Below are positions 49,865 through 62,889 of a stretch of DNA of 64,000 nt, piece by piece. Source of the DNA: Mustelus asterias. Taxonomy: Eukaryota. The DNA is taken from assembly GCF_964213995.1 (NCBI RefSeq), contig NC_135808.1, positions 55,552,001-55,616,000 on the forward strand, read 5' to 3'. A model generated the notes under the pieces. The model worked only from the letters and a program-made list of their open reading frames with translations. It did not search any database and was not told the DNA's origin. The stretch's first letter is position 1, and each line of letters begins with the position of its first letter. A program made the translations under genes and the position numbers.

Positions 49865-51709
49865 CTCAGAATATAAAAACAGATAGCAAAAGTTTCTACA
49901 AATATATAAAACGAAAGAGTGGCAAAAAAAAATATTGGTCCTTTAGAGGACGAAAAGGGGGATATAATAACTGGAAATGAGAAAATGGCTGAGGCATTGA
50001 ACAGGTATTTTGTGTCAGTCTTCACAGTGGAAGACACAAATAACATGCCAAAAATTGATGACAGGAAGGCTATGGCAGGTGAGAACCGAGAAACTATTAT
50101 CATGAAAGAGGTAGTGTTGGGCAAGTTAATGGGGCTAAAGGTAGACAAGTCTCCTGGTCCTGATGGAATGCATCCCAGAGTACTAAAAGAGATGGTGGGC
50201 GAAATAGCAAATGCACTAGTGGTAATTTACCAAAATTCACTGGACTCTGGGGTGGTTCCCGCAGATTGGAAAACAGCAAATGTGACGCCACTGTTTAAAA
50301 AAAGGAGGTAGACAAAAGGCAGGTAGCTATAGGCCGGTTAGCTTAACTTCTGTAGTTGGGGAAAATGCTTGAATCTATCGTCAAGGAAGAAATAGCGAGA
50401 CATCTGGATATAAATTGTCCCATTGGTAAGACGCAGCGTGGGTTCATGAAGGGAAGGTCATGTTTGACTAATTTGGTGGAATTCTTTGAGAACATTACAT
50501 GTGCAGTGGATGTGGTGCATCTGGATTTCCAGAAGGCATTTGACAAGGTGCCACACCAAAGACTGCTACATAAGATAAAGGTGCACCGTGTTACGGGTAA
50601 TGTATTAGCATGGATAGAGGACTGGTTGACTAACAGAAAGGAAAGAGTGGAGGTAAATGGGTGTTTTTCTGGTTGGCGATCAGTGACTAATGGTGTGCCT
50701 CAGGGATCAGTGTTGGGAATGCAATTGTTTACGATTTACATAGATGATTTGGAGTTGGGGACCAAGTGTAGTGTGTCAAAATTCGAGATGACACCAAGAT
50801 GGGTGGAAGAGCAAAGCATGCAGAGGACGCTGAAAGTCTGCAAAGGGATATAGATAGTCTAAGTGAGTGGGCAAGGGTCTGGCAGATGGAGTACAATGTT
50901 GGTAAATGTGAGGTCATCCATTTTGGTAGGAATAACAGCAAAATGGACTATTATTTAAATGATAAAAAATTGCAGCATGCTGCTGTGCAGAGGGACCTGG
51001 GTGTCCTTGTGCAGGAATCTCAAGGAGTTGGTTTGCAGGTGCAGCAGGTAATTAAGGTGGCAAATGGAATTTTGTCCTTCATTGCTAGAGGGATGGAGTT
51101 TAAAAACTTCGAGATTATGTTGCAGCTGTATAAGGTGCTGGTAAGGCCACATCTGGAGTACTGTGTACAGTTTTGGTCTCCTTACTTGAGAAAGGCTATA
51201 CTGGCACTGGAGGGGGTGCAGAAGAGATTCACTAGGTTGATTCTGGAGTTGAGAGGGTTGGCTTATGAGGAGAGACTGAGTAGACTGGGGCTATACTCAT
51301 TGGAATTCAGAAGAATGAGGGGAGATCTTTTCGAAACATATAAGATGGAGGGAATAGATAAGATAGAAGCAGGGAAGTTGTTTCCACTGGCGGGTGAAAC
51401 TAGAACTAGGGGGCATGGCCTCAAAATAAGGGGAAGCAGATTTAGGACTGAGTTGAGGAGGAACTTCTTCACCCAAAGGGTTGTGAATCTGTGGAATTCC
51501 TTGTCCAGTGAAGCAGTTGAGGCTATCTCATTGAATGTTTTTAAGGCAAGGATAGATAAATTTTTAAACAGTGAAGGAATTAAGGGTTATGGTGAGCGGG
51601 CAGGTAAGTGGAGCTGAGTCCACAAAGATCAGCCATGATCTTATTGAAATGGCAGAGCAGGCTCGAGGGGCCAGATGGCCTATTCCTGCTCCTAGTTCTT
51701 ATGTTCTTA

Positions 51710-54165
51710 ATAAAGGTGAGGGACAGACTGGCTGAATGTCTTTATGCACCAAGGAATTATAAGAGTAGGGAAATTTACCAGTAGAACAAATTTAAAAGCT
51801 TTGTATCTAAATGCACGAAGCATTCGGAACAAAATTAATGAGTTAATGGCACAAATAGAACAAAAGGATATGATTTGGTGGCAATTACTGAGACAAGATT
51901 ACAAGGAGACCAGGTCTGAGAATTGAATATCCAAGGGTACTCAGCATTTCGGGAAGATAGTGAAAGGAAAAGGTGGCATAGCTTTGCTGGTGAAGAAAGG
52001 GAACAGTGCTGTAATGAAAAATGATGTGGAGATACTGGCGTTGGACTGGGGTAAGCACAGTAAGAAGTCTCTCAACACCAGGTTAAAGTCCAACAGGTTT
52101 ATTTGGTAGCACAAGCTTTCAGAGTTGTTCTGCAACACTCTGAAAGCTGGTGCTACCAAATAACACCAGGTTAAAGTCCAACAGGTTTGAGACTTCTTAC
52201 TGTAATGAGAAATGACATAAGCATGGGGGATCAAGAAATGCAATCAGTCTGGGTAGAAAAAGGAAATAGCAAAGGGAAGAAGTACTTGGTTGGAATAATC
52301 TATAGGTCCCCAAGCAGTAGTTCTGCAGTGGGGCACAGTGCAAACCAGAAAATACTGGGGGCTTGCAAGAAAGGTATGGCAATAATCATGGGTGATTTTA
52401 ATATGCACAGATTGGAAAAATCAAATTGGCAAAGGTAGCCTGGAGGCAGAGTTCATTGGATGTATTAGAGATTGTTTCTTGGAACAGTATGTTGTGGAAC
52501 CAACCACGGAACAGGCTACTCTGGATCTGGTATTGTGTAATGGGGAGGGATTAATTGATGACCTCATAGTTAAGGATCCTCTAGGGAGTAGTGACCACAG
52601 TATGATAGAATTCAAAATTCAGTTTGGGGGTGATAAAGTGGAGTCCCACACTAGTGCTCTGGAATTAAACAAAGGAAATTACATAGGCATGAGGTCAGAT
52701 TTGGCTCGAGTAGAGGGGGCAGGAAGGCTAAAAGGTAGGACAGTGGCAGTTGTTTAAGGGGATACTCAATTCCTCAACTGAAATATATCCCAGTGATGAA
52801 GAAAAATGGTGAGGGGGCAAAAAACATCCATGGCTAAATAAGGAGATCAAGGACAGTATAAAGACAAAAGCTAAGGTACATCGTATTGCAAAGGCCAGTG
52901 GCAGGCTAGAAGATTGGGAAACTTTCAAACATAAACAAACGGATACTAAAAAAGTAATAAAAAGAGCCAAGGTAAATTTACAAAAGAAAACTAGCGCAAA
53001 ATATCAAAAAGGATAGCAAAAGATTCTATAAGCATATAAAAGTGAAGAGAGTCGCTAAGGTGAAGGTCGGTCCCTTAGAAGATGAAACCAGTGAGTTAAT
53101 AATGGGGAACACCGAAATGGCAGAGATGCTAAATCAATACTGATGGCCTACATCCTCGGGTATTAAAGGAAGTGGCAGTGGAGACAGTGGATCCATTGGT
53201 TATAATATTCCAAAAATTCCCTGGACATGGGAAAGGTTCCAGTGGATTGGAGAAATGCTAATGTAAAGCCTTTATTCAAAAAGGGAGGGAGGCAAAATGC
53301 GGCAAATTACAAACGAGCTAATTTAACATCTGTTAAAGATAGGTTAGGAGAGTGGGCCAAAAGGTGGCATATAGAGTTTAATGTGGATAAGCGTGAGGTC
53401 ATGCATTCTGGTCAGAAAAATGGGAAGAGAACTTATTATCTAAATGGGGAGAGACTTTGTGGTGCTCTGGTGCAGAGGGATCTGGGGTCCTCATTCATAA
53501 GTCACAGAAAACTAGCATACAGGCACAACAGATAATAAAGAAAGTGAATGGAATGTTGGCATTTGTAACTAAAGGAACAGAATACAAGGTAAGGAAGTAT
53601 TGTTGCAACTATACAAGCCATTGGTGAGACCGCACCTGGAGTATTGTGCACAGTTTTGGTCCCCTTATTTGAGGAAAGATGTAGTGGCATTGGAGGCAGT
53701 TCAGAGGAGGTTCACTAGATTGATTCCAGAGATGAGGGGTTTGTCGTATGAAGAGAGATTGAACAGTTCAGGCCCATACTCTCTGGAATTTAGAAGAACG
53801 AGGAGAGATCCAAGTTGTATGTAAGATGATAAAAGTTATGGATAAAGTAGACATGGAGCGAATGCTTCCTCTTGAGGGGCACTCTAGGATGAGAGGTCAT
53901 AGTCTTAGGATAAGGGGTAGCAAATTTAAAACAGAAGTTGAGGAGAAACATATTTTTCCAAAGGGTTGTGAATCTGTGGAATTCACTACTGCAAAGTGCG
54001 GTGGATGCTGGGACAGAGTAAATTTGAGGAGTTACAGATTTTTAATTGGTAATGGATCGAAGGGTTCTGGGGAGAAGGCAGGAAAATGGGGATGAGGAGT
54101 ATATCAGCCATGATTGAATGGTGGAGCAGAGTCGATGGGCCGAATGGCCTAATTCTGCTCTTATG
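51710..54165 (+). mobile_element. Second CR1 ORF2 copy, internally deleted and decayed
   Basis: LYLNARSIRNK, GDFN, SDH, DWRNANV, RPHLEYCAQFWSP and a 3' tail; most of the RT core is missing near 53335. Confidence 0.88.
52022..52203. mobile_element. Penelope-like terminal repeat, fold-back with internal micro-inversion, nested in CR1
   Basis: Same repeat as 1484. Flanked by CTGTAATGA(A/G)AAATGA (52009-52024, 52200-52215), which overlaps the element ends. Confidence 0.78.
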
Positions 54166-55271
54166 AAATTATCTTTCTTGAAGACCAATTAAAGCAAAAT
54201 TGTTTAGTCAAAGAGTTATTCCGTGTAGTAGGTTTGGCAGAAATTGGTCCACATAGGAGCTCTTAGTTTTGGAGAACAGACTTGGTTTTATCAGGGTATT
54301 GCTTGTGGCCCATTAAAGACTATAGCCTACCAAAGAGAAGCCACCCAATGTATGGTGACAGGTTTACAACATTTGACACTTAGAAATCTAATGGATAACT
54401 TGATCGGTTTTGTTCTCTCTGTGCCAAATTTAAAACTATTGTTTCCACATAATATAATAATTTTTTGAAATCTACTTCAATCAGAGAAAAAACAGTGACT
54501 TCTTGAACCAGATGTACTAAAGAGTGTTCAACGCTCTTCCAACCATAAATCTAATGACATAGTGTCAAAGGACTAAGTCAACAATTAACTCATGTAGTAG
54601 TCCTGGGGTGTCCAATCTCTGATAAGAATAGTATCCCACTGAAGGAACACATCACATAAAATAAATGCAGCACCGGGAGGATATTTGGTTTGTGAAAGGT
54701 TGCAAAAAGATTGACAAATTTAAGGGTTTGATCATTAGTACTATCTTTCATATATCTCCTTTTAAAGCTTGGCATTCTGTGATCCCAAAATGAATCATGA
54801 TTAAATGACAAGTATTTTCCCTTAGCTGTTTCACAGATTGTGTGTGTAGGGTTCTGGAAATAAATAATGGCAATAAATACTGCTGTCTCTTTCAGGCACC
54901 AGTAAACACTTCCTTATATTGGAGCAGATGCCAAACCACAGATGACTTCAAAAGGCAGGCAGAGCCATGTTTTCTTGGTCAATATGAAACAAGCATGCAG
55001 TTTTCATTTCCCTTACTTTTGCCAATATCCAGGAGGAAAGGAAAATTACACAAACATATCTCAAGACTTCATATCTTTCTTTTGGAGGACAATATATCTC
55101 TTTTGACTGTTCTTTTCTATAGCAATAAGATCTCTAGACATCCCATTTTTGGAGCCTAACCCTAACCCAAGTTTGCCATTTCCTGATTAAAAGCTGAATT
55201 CTAAACCTGTATAATATGCAGGTGTTTGCATTTTAGGATCATAATGATAAGCAAAAGACAGACAAGAACTA

Positions 55272-55398
55272 GGCTGGAATTTTATTGTCCCACCCACCAC
55301 GGGAATCGGAGTGGATGAGGGGCGGACAATGGGAAGGTCCATTGAGCTTGGGTGGGATTTTACGGTTCTGGGACAAGTGAGGCTGTAAAATCACGCCC
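55272..55398. mobile_element. ~130-bp MITE
   Basis: GGCTGGAATTTTA...TAAAATCACGCCC termini with CTA on both flanks; interior similar to the 24199 element. Confidence 0.65.
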
Positions 55399-56221
55399 CT
55401 AATGTTTTCTAAGGTCAACCGTGGTATTAGTTTAAATTACCAAACTTACGCAAGTTGCAAGTTTCCCAAAAAGGAAAACTATTTTTACAAGTATCATCTC
55501 CAGGAACTCCAGTTCAATGGCTGATAATCCATTTTAAAGCAGAAGGAAAGTTGTACTGTGGGTCAGTGATCTGCTCCAGGAGATTTCCACTCAGATAGTG
55601 AAGGTGAAAATTACTGCCTGTACGTTTAAAGTGCTGGATCCAGAGGCATTTCATGCAATGAAATTATCTAGGAAATATTTTCTAAATTAGGTAAATTTGT
55701 TACTGTCTGTCTTCTTTTGATGCTTAATGTGGAGGTGCCTTTGCAGATTATATATTCCAATTATAAATATCAAGGTCTGCTCCAAGTTTTAACACCTCCT
55801 ATGGTGTGCTGCATTTCTAATCTGATATAGTGGACTGATGGCCCAGCTATATCACTTTGCTGTTGGAGAGGATGGACTGCTACGTGAAACAGGCGTCCTT
55901 CATAAAGTGAACTGGTCTTCATCATTTTTATCACCTCCAATCTCAGAAATTGGGACTTGTTTTTCCTGTAGCCTCTCGATCAGTGCTGCAACATTCTACC
56001 ATAGATTGTTACAAACATTTGGGAAAACTGAAGCTACTGATTCAACAAACTGCTATGAAGATTCCTACACTTGCATCAATTTTTCTGCATTCTTATATGA
56101 GAAGCCAAGTGTAAGTCAAATGTAATTAGATGAAAGAACTGAACTTCCAGTATGTCACAATGCAGATACATGATCTTGGCCAAGATTACAGCCCAGCTGT
56201 AAAAACTTCTGGGGCATTCCC

Positions 56222-57250
56222 CATAGACATAGACATAGACCAGTACAGCACAGAACAGGCCCTTTGGCCCACGATGTTGTGCCGAGCTTTATCTGAAACC
56301 AAAATCAAGCTATCCCACTCCCTATCATCCTGGTGTGCTCCATGTGCCTATCCAATAACCGCTTAAATGTTCCTAAAATGTCTGACTCCACTATCACTGC
56401 AGGCAGTCCATTCCACACCCCAACCACTCTCTGCATAAAGAACCTACCTGATATCCTTCCTATATCTCCCACCATGAACCCTATAGTTATGCCCCCTTGT
56501 AATAGCTCCATCCACCCGAGGAAATAGTCTTTGAACATTCACTCTATCTATCCCCTTCATCATTTTATAAACCTCTATTAAGTCTCCCCTCAGCCTCCTC
56601 CGTTCCAGAGAGAACAGCCCTAGCTCCCTCAACCTTTCCTCATAAGACCTACCCTCCAAACCAGGCAGCATCCTGGTAAATCTCCTCTGCACTCTTTCCA
56701 GCGCTTCCACATCCTTCTTATAGTGAGGTGACCAGAACTGCACACAATATTCCAAATGTGGTCTCACCAAGGTCCTGTACAGTTGCAGCATAACCCCACA
56801 GCTCTTAAACTCCAACCCCCTGTTAATAAAAGCTAACACACTATAGGCCTTCTTCACAGCTCTATCCACTTGAGTGGCAACCTTTAGAGATCTGTGGATA
56901 TGGACCCCAAGATCTCTCTGTTCCTCCACAGTCTTCAGAACACTACCTTTGACCCTGTAATCCACATTTAAATTAGTCCTACCAAAATGAATCACCTCAC
57001 ATTTATCAGGGTTAAACTCCATTTGCCATTTTTCAGCCCAGCTTTGCATCCTATCTGTCTCTTTGCAGCCTACAACAGCCCTCCACCTCATCCACTGCTC
57101 CACCAATCTTGGTGTCATCAGCAAATTTACTGATCCACCCTTCAGCCCCCTCCTCTAAGTCATTAACAAAAATCACAAAGAGCAGAGGACCAAGCACTGA
57201 TCCCTGTGGCACTCCGCTAGCACCCTGCCTCCAGTCCGAAAATTTTCCCA
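56222..57250 (-). mobile_element. Young 5'-truncated CR1
   Basis: [28 protein letters not shown] plus the C-terminus; (CATAGA)3 tail at 56222-56239. Confidence 0.93.
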
Positions 57251-57374
57251 TGTTGAAATCTGAAATTGTCCAAGCAGATCTAAGCACAGCCTGAATCTGC
57301 AAATCAACTGGTAACAGTCAACATTAGAGTTCTGAATCATTCTCTCTTCCCAAGCTTGCAGATGGAGAGAAACA

Positions 57375-57990
57375 AACTCATTGATATGGCACCTTACATG
57401 ATCTCAGGAACATCACAAAATGCTTTACAACCAAAGAAGTGGAGAACCTGCTGTAATGGAGGAAATGTGGCAGTCAATTTATTCACAGTAAGGTCCCACA
57501 AACCAACAGTGTGATAACAAATAAACAATCTGTTTCAGTGAAGTTTGTTAAAGGATGAATATGGGCAAGGACACCAGGAAGATCACCCTATTTTTCTTTA
57601 ATAATGCAACAAAATGTCCAAAGATGTGTGGGTTAGGTTGATTGGCCATGCTAAAAATTGCCCCTTATAGAGTCCTGAGATGCGTAGGTTAGAGGGGTTA
57701 GCGGGTAAATATGTAGGGATATGGGGGTAGGGCCTGGGTGGGATTGTGGTTGGTGCAGACTCGATGGGCCGAATGGCCTCCTTCTGCACTGTAGGGTTTC
57801 TATGATTCTATGAAAACTTTTATATGCATGCTCAATATCCCATCTTTAAGATAGATCCTCTGACAGTGAAGCACTCCCTCAGTATTTATTACACTGGACC
57901 GCCAGCCCAGATTTTGTGGTCTGAAGTGAGACTTGCACCTAAAACGTCTGACTGAGGGAAGACTGCACCCTCTGAGCCATAACTGACATC
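57375..57990 (-). mobile_element. Deu-domain SINE (SacSINE1/AmnSINE-like), with a V-SINE 3' fragment inserted at 57616-57812 (+)
   Basis: Minus strand begins gtcagttatggctcag...tcagtcagacg...tactgagggagtgcttcactgtcagagg and has an L2-like tail; the nested piece matches 17443-17638. Confidence 0.7.
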
Positions 57991-58199
57991 CATCTGACAA
58001 TATTACAGCGACTGAGAATATGTCAGACATAAATGACCTAACCACCCAAAAGAAGCTGTTGTCAGAACCCAATTTGGACTTAAAGCCACTGAAATAGCCT
58101 TTTTACTTGAGAACACAGAAAGGGGCCCAGGAACTATGGGGGTAGCAGGCAGCAATGCCCTCCAATTAGGGGGGGAAGGACCTCCTGTAATCAATGGAG

Positions 58200-61100
58200 T
58201 GCTTGTGTGAATCAGGTGTTAAAGGCCCCTTTCGATATGGGAACTCTAATTGCACCACGAGACAGTCATGGAAAGGCACTAAGGACCCAAGAATATTAGA
58301 GAACATACTTCAGGAAGGTGCAGTTGCCAGAAGATGGATTATTGCAAACACTGTCAAATGACACAGCCAAGGCAAAGTTTCAGGAACAGGCAAAACGCAT
58401 GCTGCCTAGTTAAAAAGCCGAGGTCAGTACCTGATTTTACCATGCAGGTGTCCCCTCTTCCAGAGACAGGGGCATTAAAACTGAATCATATCATAACAAT
58501 GGCAGAATCATTGGTGAATGTCTATTCCTTGAAATTGGAGGTGGGCCAGGGAGCACAGTCTTTGTTATCGGAGAACAAACATATAAGCATCTCCAATCTG
58601 GCATTAAACTCTTGAGGTTGGAAGATTTGAAGGCCAGATGAGGCACTTTCACAAGGGAACCTTTACAAATAAAGGGCACCACAATGGCCCCAGTAACTTA
58701 CAGGCAGCAATCAGCTTGTCTCCCACTCATTGTTGTACAGCAACATAGACCAAGCCTTATGGAGAGAGACTGGCTTCAGCAGATCTGGCTGAACTGGTTG
58801 GAGACCTACTGTGTTCTTAAGCCTGACAAATCAGTTCGTCTTTGTGGGGACTATAAACTAACAGTCAATTGGATCTCCAAACTCGATAGGTACCTCATTC
58901 CCCGAATCGAAGATTTGTGCGCTAAGTTAAAAGGCGATAAGACATTTTCCAATTTGGACATGAAACATGCCTATCTTCAGCTTGAATTGGAAGAGTCCTC
59001 CCGGAAATATGTGATGACCAACATGCAAAAGGGACTCTGAGTATCCTCACTTACCCTTTGTGCTCTCATCAATGTGTGCCATTTTCCGAAGAGTTATGGA
59101 GAACATCCTTCAAGGGCTATCCAAGGTAGCAGTATACTCAGATTACATCTTGGTTACGGGGGCTTCGGAACAGCAACAACTCAGAAGTCATCTTGCAGAG
59201 ATTTTCTTGAGTGGAAATTTGTTTGAAGAGGGAGAAATTCATTTTCCAAGTGGCTGAAGTAACCTCTTCAGGCCATCAATTAGATGGCAAGGGGTCACTT
59301 CCAGGAGAGGATAAGGTAAAAGAAAGCACCAACCCCGAGGAACACCACGGAATTGAAATCCTTCCTGGGATTAGTAAATTATTGTGGAAAATTTATCCCG
59401 AACTTTACTTCCATGCTAGCTCCCTTGCACACCCTACCATGAAAATACCAGGGATGGTCCTGGGTAGCTCCGCGAGCAGAAGCTTTTTCTAAAGTCAAAC
59501 ATCAGCTAATGTCATCTAACCTACTGGCCCATTTTGACACTGATAAAGAACTCATATTAACTCGTGACATTTCCCATATGGGGTTGGGATGGTCCTGTCA
59601 CATCGCTGGAAAGATGGGATGGAAAAACCCATCCCCCCCCCCCCCCCCCATTGCTTCCGCTTAGATACAGTGCTGAACGTTGTTATTGGTGGCCTATGAA
59701 TATCTTCCAGAACACCACCCAGGAACCCAGATAGCCAATGCTGATGCACTGAGTTGCCTCCTGTTGTCCACAAGTCTGCTTCCTTATCAGCACTGGAAGA
59801 AGTTGTGATGACTCTGGATTTTCTGGAGATCTTGCCATTGTCAGCAAGGCAGATTAAGATCTGGACCCAAAAAGGTCCAACCTTATCTAAAATAAGGCAC
59901 ATGGTCCTACATGGTGGATCCTAAGGAGACCCTCCAAAGCAATGAAACACTACTTTACTAAGAAAGGTGAACTTAGTGTTGAGGATGGGATCATTCTTTG
60001 AGGTCCCGAGTAATTATTCCACCCCCCAGAATGATGTCCAATATTAACAGCACTACATAATGGTCACCGTAGGGTATCAAAAATGAAAATGCTGGCCAGA
60101 ATTTACATCTGGTGGCCCAGTTTTGATGCTGACATCACAGACTTGGTGAAGCGACGTGACCTGTGCCAGGAAAATCAAAAATTCCCTCCTTCAGCCTCCT
60201 TGCACTCATGTGAGGGACCTTGCAGGCCATGGGTGTGTTAATGTGAACTTTGCAGAGGCCTTTGTGGGTTCCATGTTTTTAATCAAGGTGGATTTACATT
60301 CCAAGTGCTTGGAGGTGCACTGCATGGCTTCCACAACTACTCAGGTTACGATTGAGAAATTACGACAAAGCCTCAGTACACGTGGAATACAGGAAGTCTT
60401 GGTTTCCAATAATGGCAATAATTTCCAGAACTTTGTGCTCTCTAATGGTATTTGACATGTCCGAACAGCACCTTGTATTCGCCGTCAAATGGACTGGCAG
60501 AACAGGCAGTTCAAACATTCAAAAATGGAATGAAGAAACAACCCGCAGCATCCATGTCGACCAAACTAGCACGATTTCTGCTTGATTATAGGACCATACC
60601 GCACACAACAACAGACGTTGTCCCAGCAGAACTATTCATGGAGCGTGGAGTCCCAACAAGAAAACCAAGAAACAAATTACGATTCTGCAAGGACAGAAAA
60701 ACTTTGCAACGGGTTATCTGGCCCACGTTAGAAACTTTGGGGATGGCCTTAGTTGGGTCCCTGGGATCGTTATGGAGTAAACGGGACCAATATCTTACAA
60801 GGTCAAAGTCCAGGGGAAGGCCTTAAAAGGAACCATCTTGGACCATCTCAGAGTCAGGGAGTTCATTCTTGTGCAGACCTCACTACCGGCCATGAAGATG
60901 ATCGCTGCCAGTATCAGCCCTCAGTCTGAAACTGATGCCACATTAGCCCCTCCAGATAGTGAAGGCCCGGACTTGGAGATGGAGGCTGAAGAAGCAGGCC
61001 ACTAGGCTAAAGCAGACCCTGAGAAGGAACCCACATCGGTAACCCTGCGACGGTCCCTCCAGAAATGAAGGTCTCCTGTTCCATTTACACTGCCTGACAC

Positions 61101-61200
61101 AGCCTCGCCTTCAATGGACCTCAGACCGACCGCTAAGTGGCCAAAAGGACCTTTGTGCAGTGGGAATACTGGGAGAAATACAGATCCAAGGAGGGAGGGA
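58200..61200 (+). mobile_element. Ty3/Gypsy internal region (PR-RT-RH-INT), heavily decayed
   Basis: VLKPDKSVRLCGDYKLTVN, YLIPRIEDL, AIFRRVMENIL, VDLHSKCLEV, SPSNGLAEQAVQTFK, LARFLLDYRTIPH. Confidence 0.9.
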
Positions 61201-61454
61201 TGTTATGAAGGCCACAGGGATCATCGATAGATCTCCTTGTGGGTTTCATAGAATATGAGCTTATTGAGCAAGCGGAGGTTCACCAATGAGAAGCAAACTG
61301 CAGGGGCTTTTAAACACGCTGCTCAACCCCGACCGGTGTTGTCGGTCCCAAGGTGTAGACTGTCTAGCTGTAAGCCGCAGGCATGGCCCTTCTCTTTGGT
61401 GCACAATAAGGGGTGTTTGGTGACAGGAAACTGGCGTTTAGCTGAATTACTACA
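61201..61454 (+). repeat. 3' LTR of the 58-61 kb Gypsy element
   Basis: PPT AAGGAGGGAGGGA (61188-61200) directly followed by TGTTA...TACA. Confidence 0.8.
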
Positions 61455-62875
61455 AGGGGGTAACAAATTAACATGGATAAAGCATTGGTTCACTAACAGG
61501 AAACAAAGTAGGCATAAATAAATCCTTTTCGGGTTGGCAAAATGTTGAGTGGAATGTCACGGGGATCAATGCTACGGCCTCAACTACCTAGAATCTATAT
61601 TCATGATTTGGATGATGGGACTGAATGCATAGTTGATGACACAAAGATAAGTGGGGAAGTAAGCTGTGAAGTGAACATAAGGAACAAAGAACAATACAGC
61701 ACAGGAACAGGCCCTTCAGCCCTCCAAGCCCGTGCCGCTCCCTGGTCCAAACTAGACCATTCTTTTGTATCCCTCCATTCCCACTCCGTTCATGTGGCTA
61801 TCTAGATAAGTCTTAAAACGTTCCCAGTGTGTCCGCCTCCACCACCTAGCCCGGCAGCGCAATCCAGGCCCCCACCACCCTCTGTGTAAAATATGTCCTT
61901 CTGATATCTGTGTTAAACCTCCCCCCCTCCCCTCCACCTTGAACCTATGACCCCTCGTGAACGCCATCACCGATCTGGGGAAAAAGCTTCCCACCATTCA
62001 CCCTATCTATGCCTTTCATAATTTTATACACCTCTATTAGGTCACCCCTCATCCTCCGTCTTTCCAGTGAGAACAGTTTACCCAATCTCTCCTCATAACT
62101 AAGCCCTTCCATACCAGAAAACATCCTGGTAAACCTCCTCTGCACTCTCTCTAAAGCCTCCATGTCCTTCTGGTAGTGTGGTGACCAGAACTGGGCGCAG
62201 TATTCCAAATGCGGCCGAACCAACGTTCTATACAACTGCAACATCAGACCCCAACTTTTATACTCTATGCCCCGTCCTATAAAGGCAAGCATGCCATATG
62301 CCTTATTCACTACCTTCTCCACCTGTGACGTCCCCTTCAAGGATCTGTGGACTTGCACATCCAGGTCCCTCTGCATATCTACACTCTTTATGGTTCTGCC
62401 ATTTATCGTATAGCTCCCCCCTACGTTAGTTCTACCAAAATGCATCACTTCGCGTTTGCAAAGGGACAGGTCGGTTAAGTGCGCAAACATCTGGCAGATG
62501 GAGTATAATGTGGGAAAATGCGAAAGTGTCCATTTGACAGAAAGTAAAAAAACAGCATATTATTTAAATGGAGAGAGATTGCAGAACTCTGGGGTAGAGA
62601 GGGATCTGAACGTTCTGGTATCACAAAAAGTTAATATCCAGATATAGCAAGTGATTAGGAAAGCAAATGGAATGTTGCTGTTTATTGCAAGGGGATTGGA
62701 ATATAAAAGGAGGGATGTTTCATTACAGTTATATAGGGTATTGGTGAGACCACATTTAGATGACTATGTACAATTTTGGTCTCTTTATTTAAGAAAGGAC
62801 ATATTGCATTAGAAACAGTTCAAAGATATTCCTGGGATGGAGAGGGTTATCTTTTGAGAAAAGGTTAGATGGCTG
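61455..62875 (+). mobile_element. Old CR1 RT fragment, split by the minus-strand CR1 at 61676-62455
   Basis: WIKHWFTNRKQ, YIHDLD; resumes as ANIWQMEYNVGKC after the insert. Confidence 0.75.
61676..62455 (-). mobile_element. CR1 3' fragment
   Basis: EVMHFGR..QRDL..KAYGMLAFIGRG..RPHLEYCAQFWSP and a 3' tail. Confidence 0.9.
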
Positions 62876-62889
62876 TATCGGTGCCACTT

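Larger units (their letters stand above)
46565..51708 (+). mobile_element. Near-full-length CR1 LINE (5' UTR, ORF1 47754-48660, ORF2 ~48700-51617, 3' tail)
   Basis: ORF1 Cys motifs plus GDS/GTND esterase; APE endonuclease (LYLNACS, ITETW, GDFN, SDH); RT ([23 protein letters not shown]) with frameshifts; TTCTTATG tail. Confidence 0.92.

Noticed and set aside
48677-51617. Active CR1 element
   Set aside because: ORF1 and ORF2 are broken by stops and frameshifts, including at the FADD catalytic motif (~50780).
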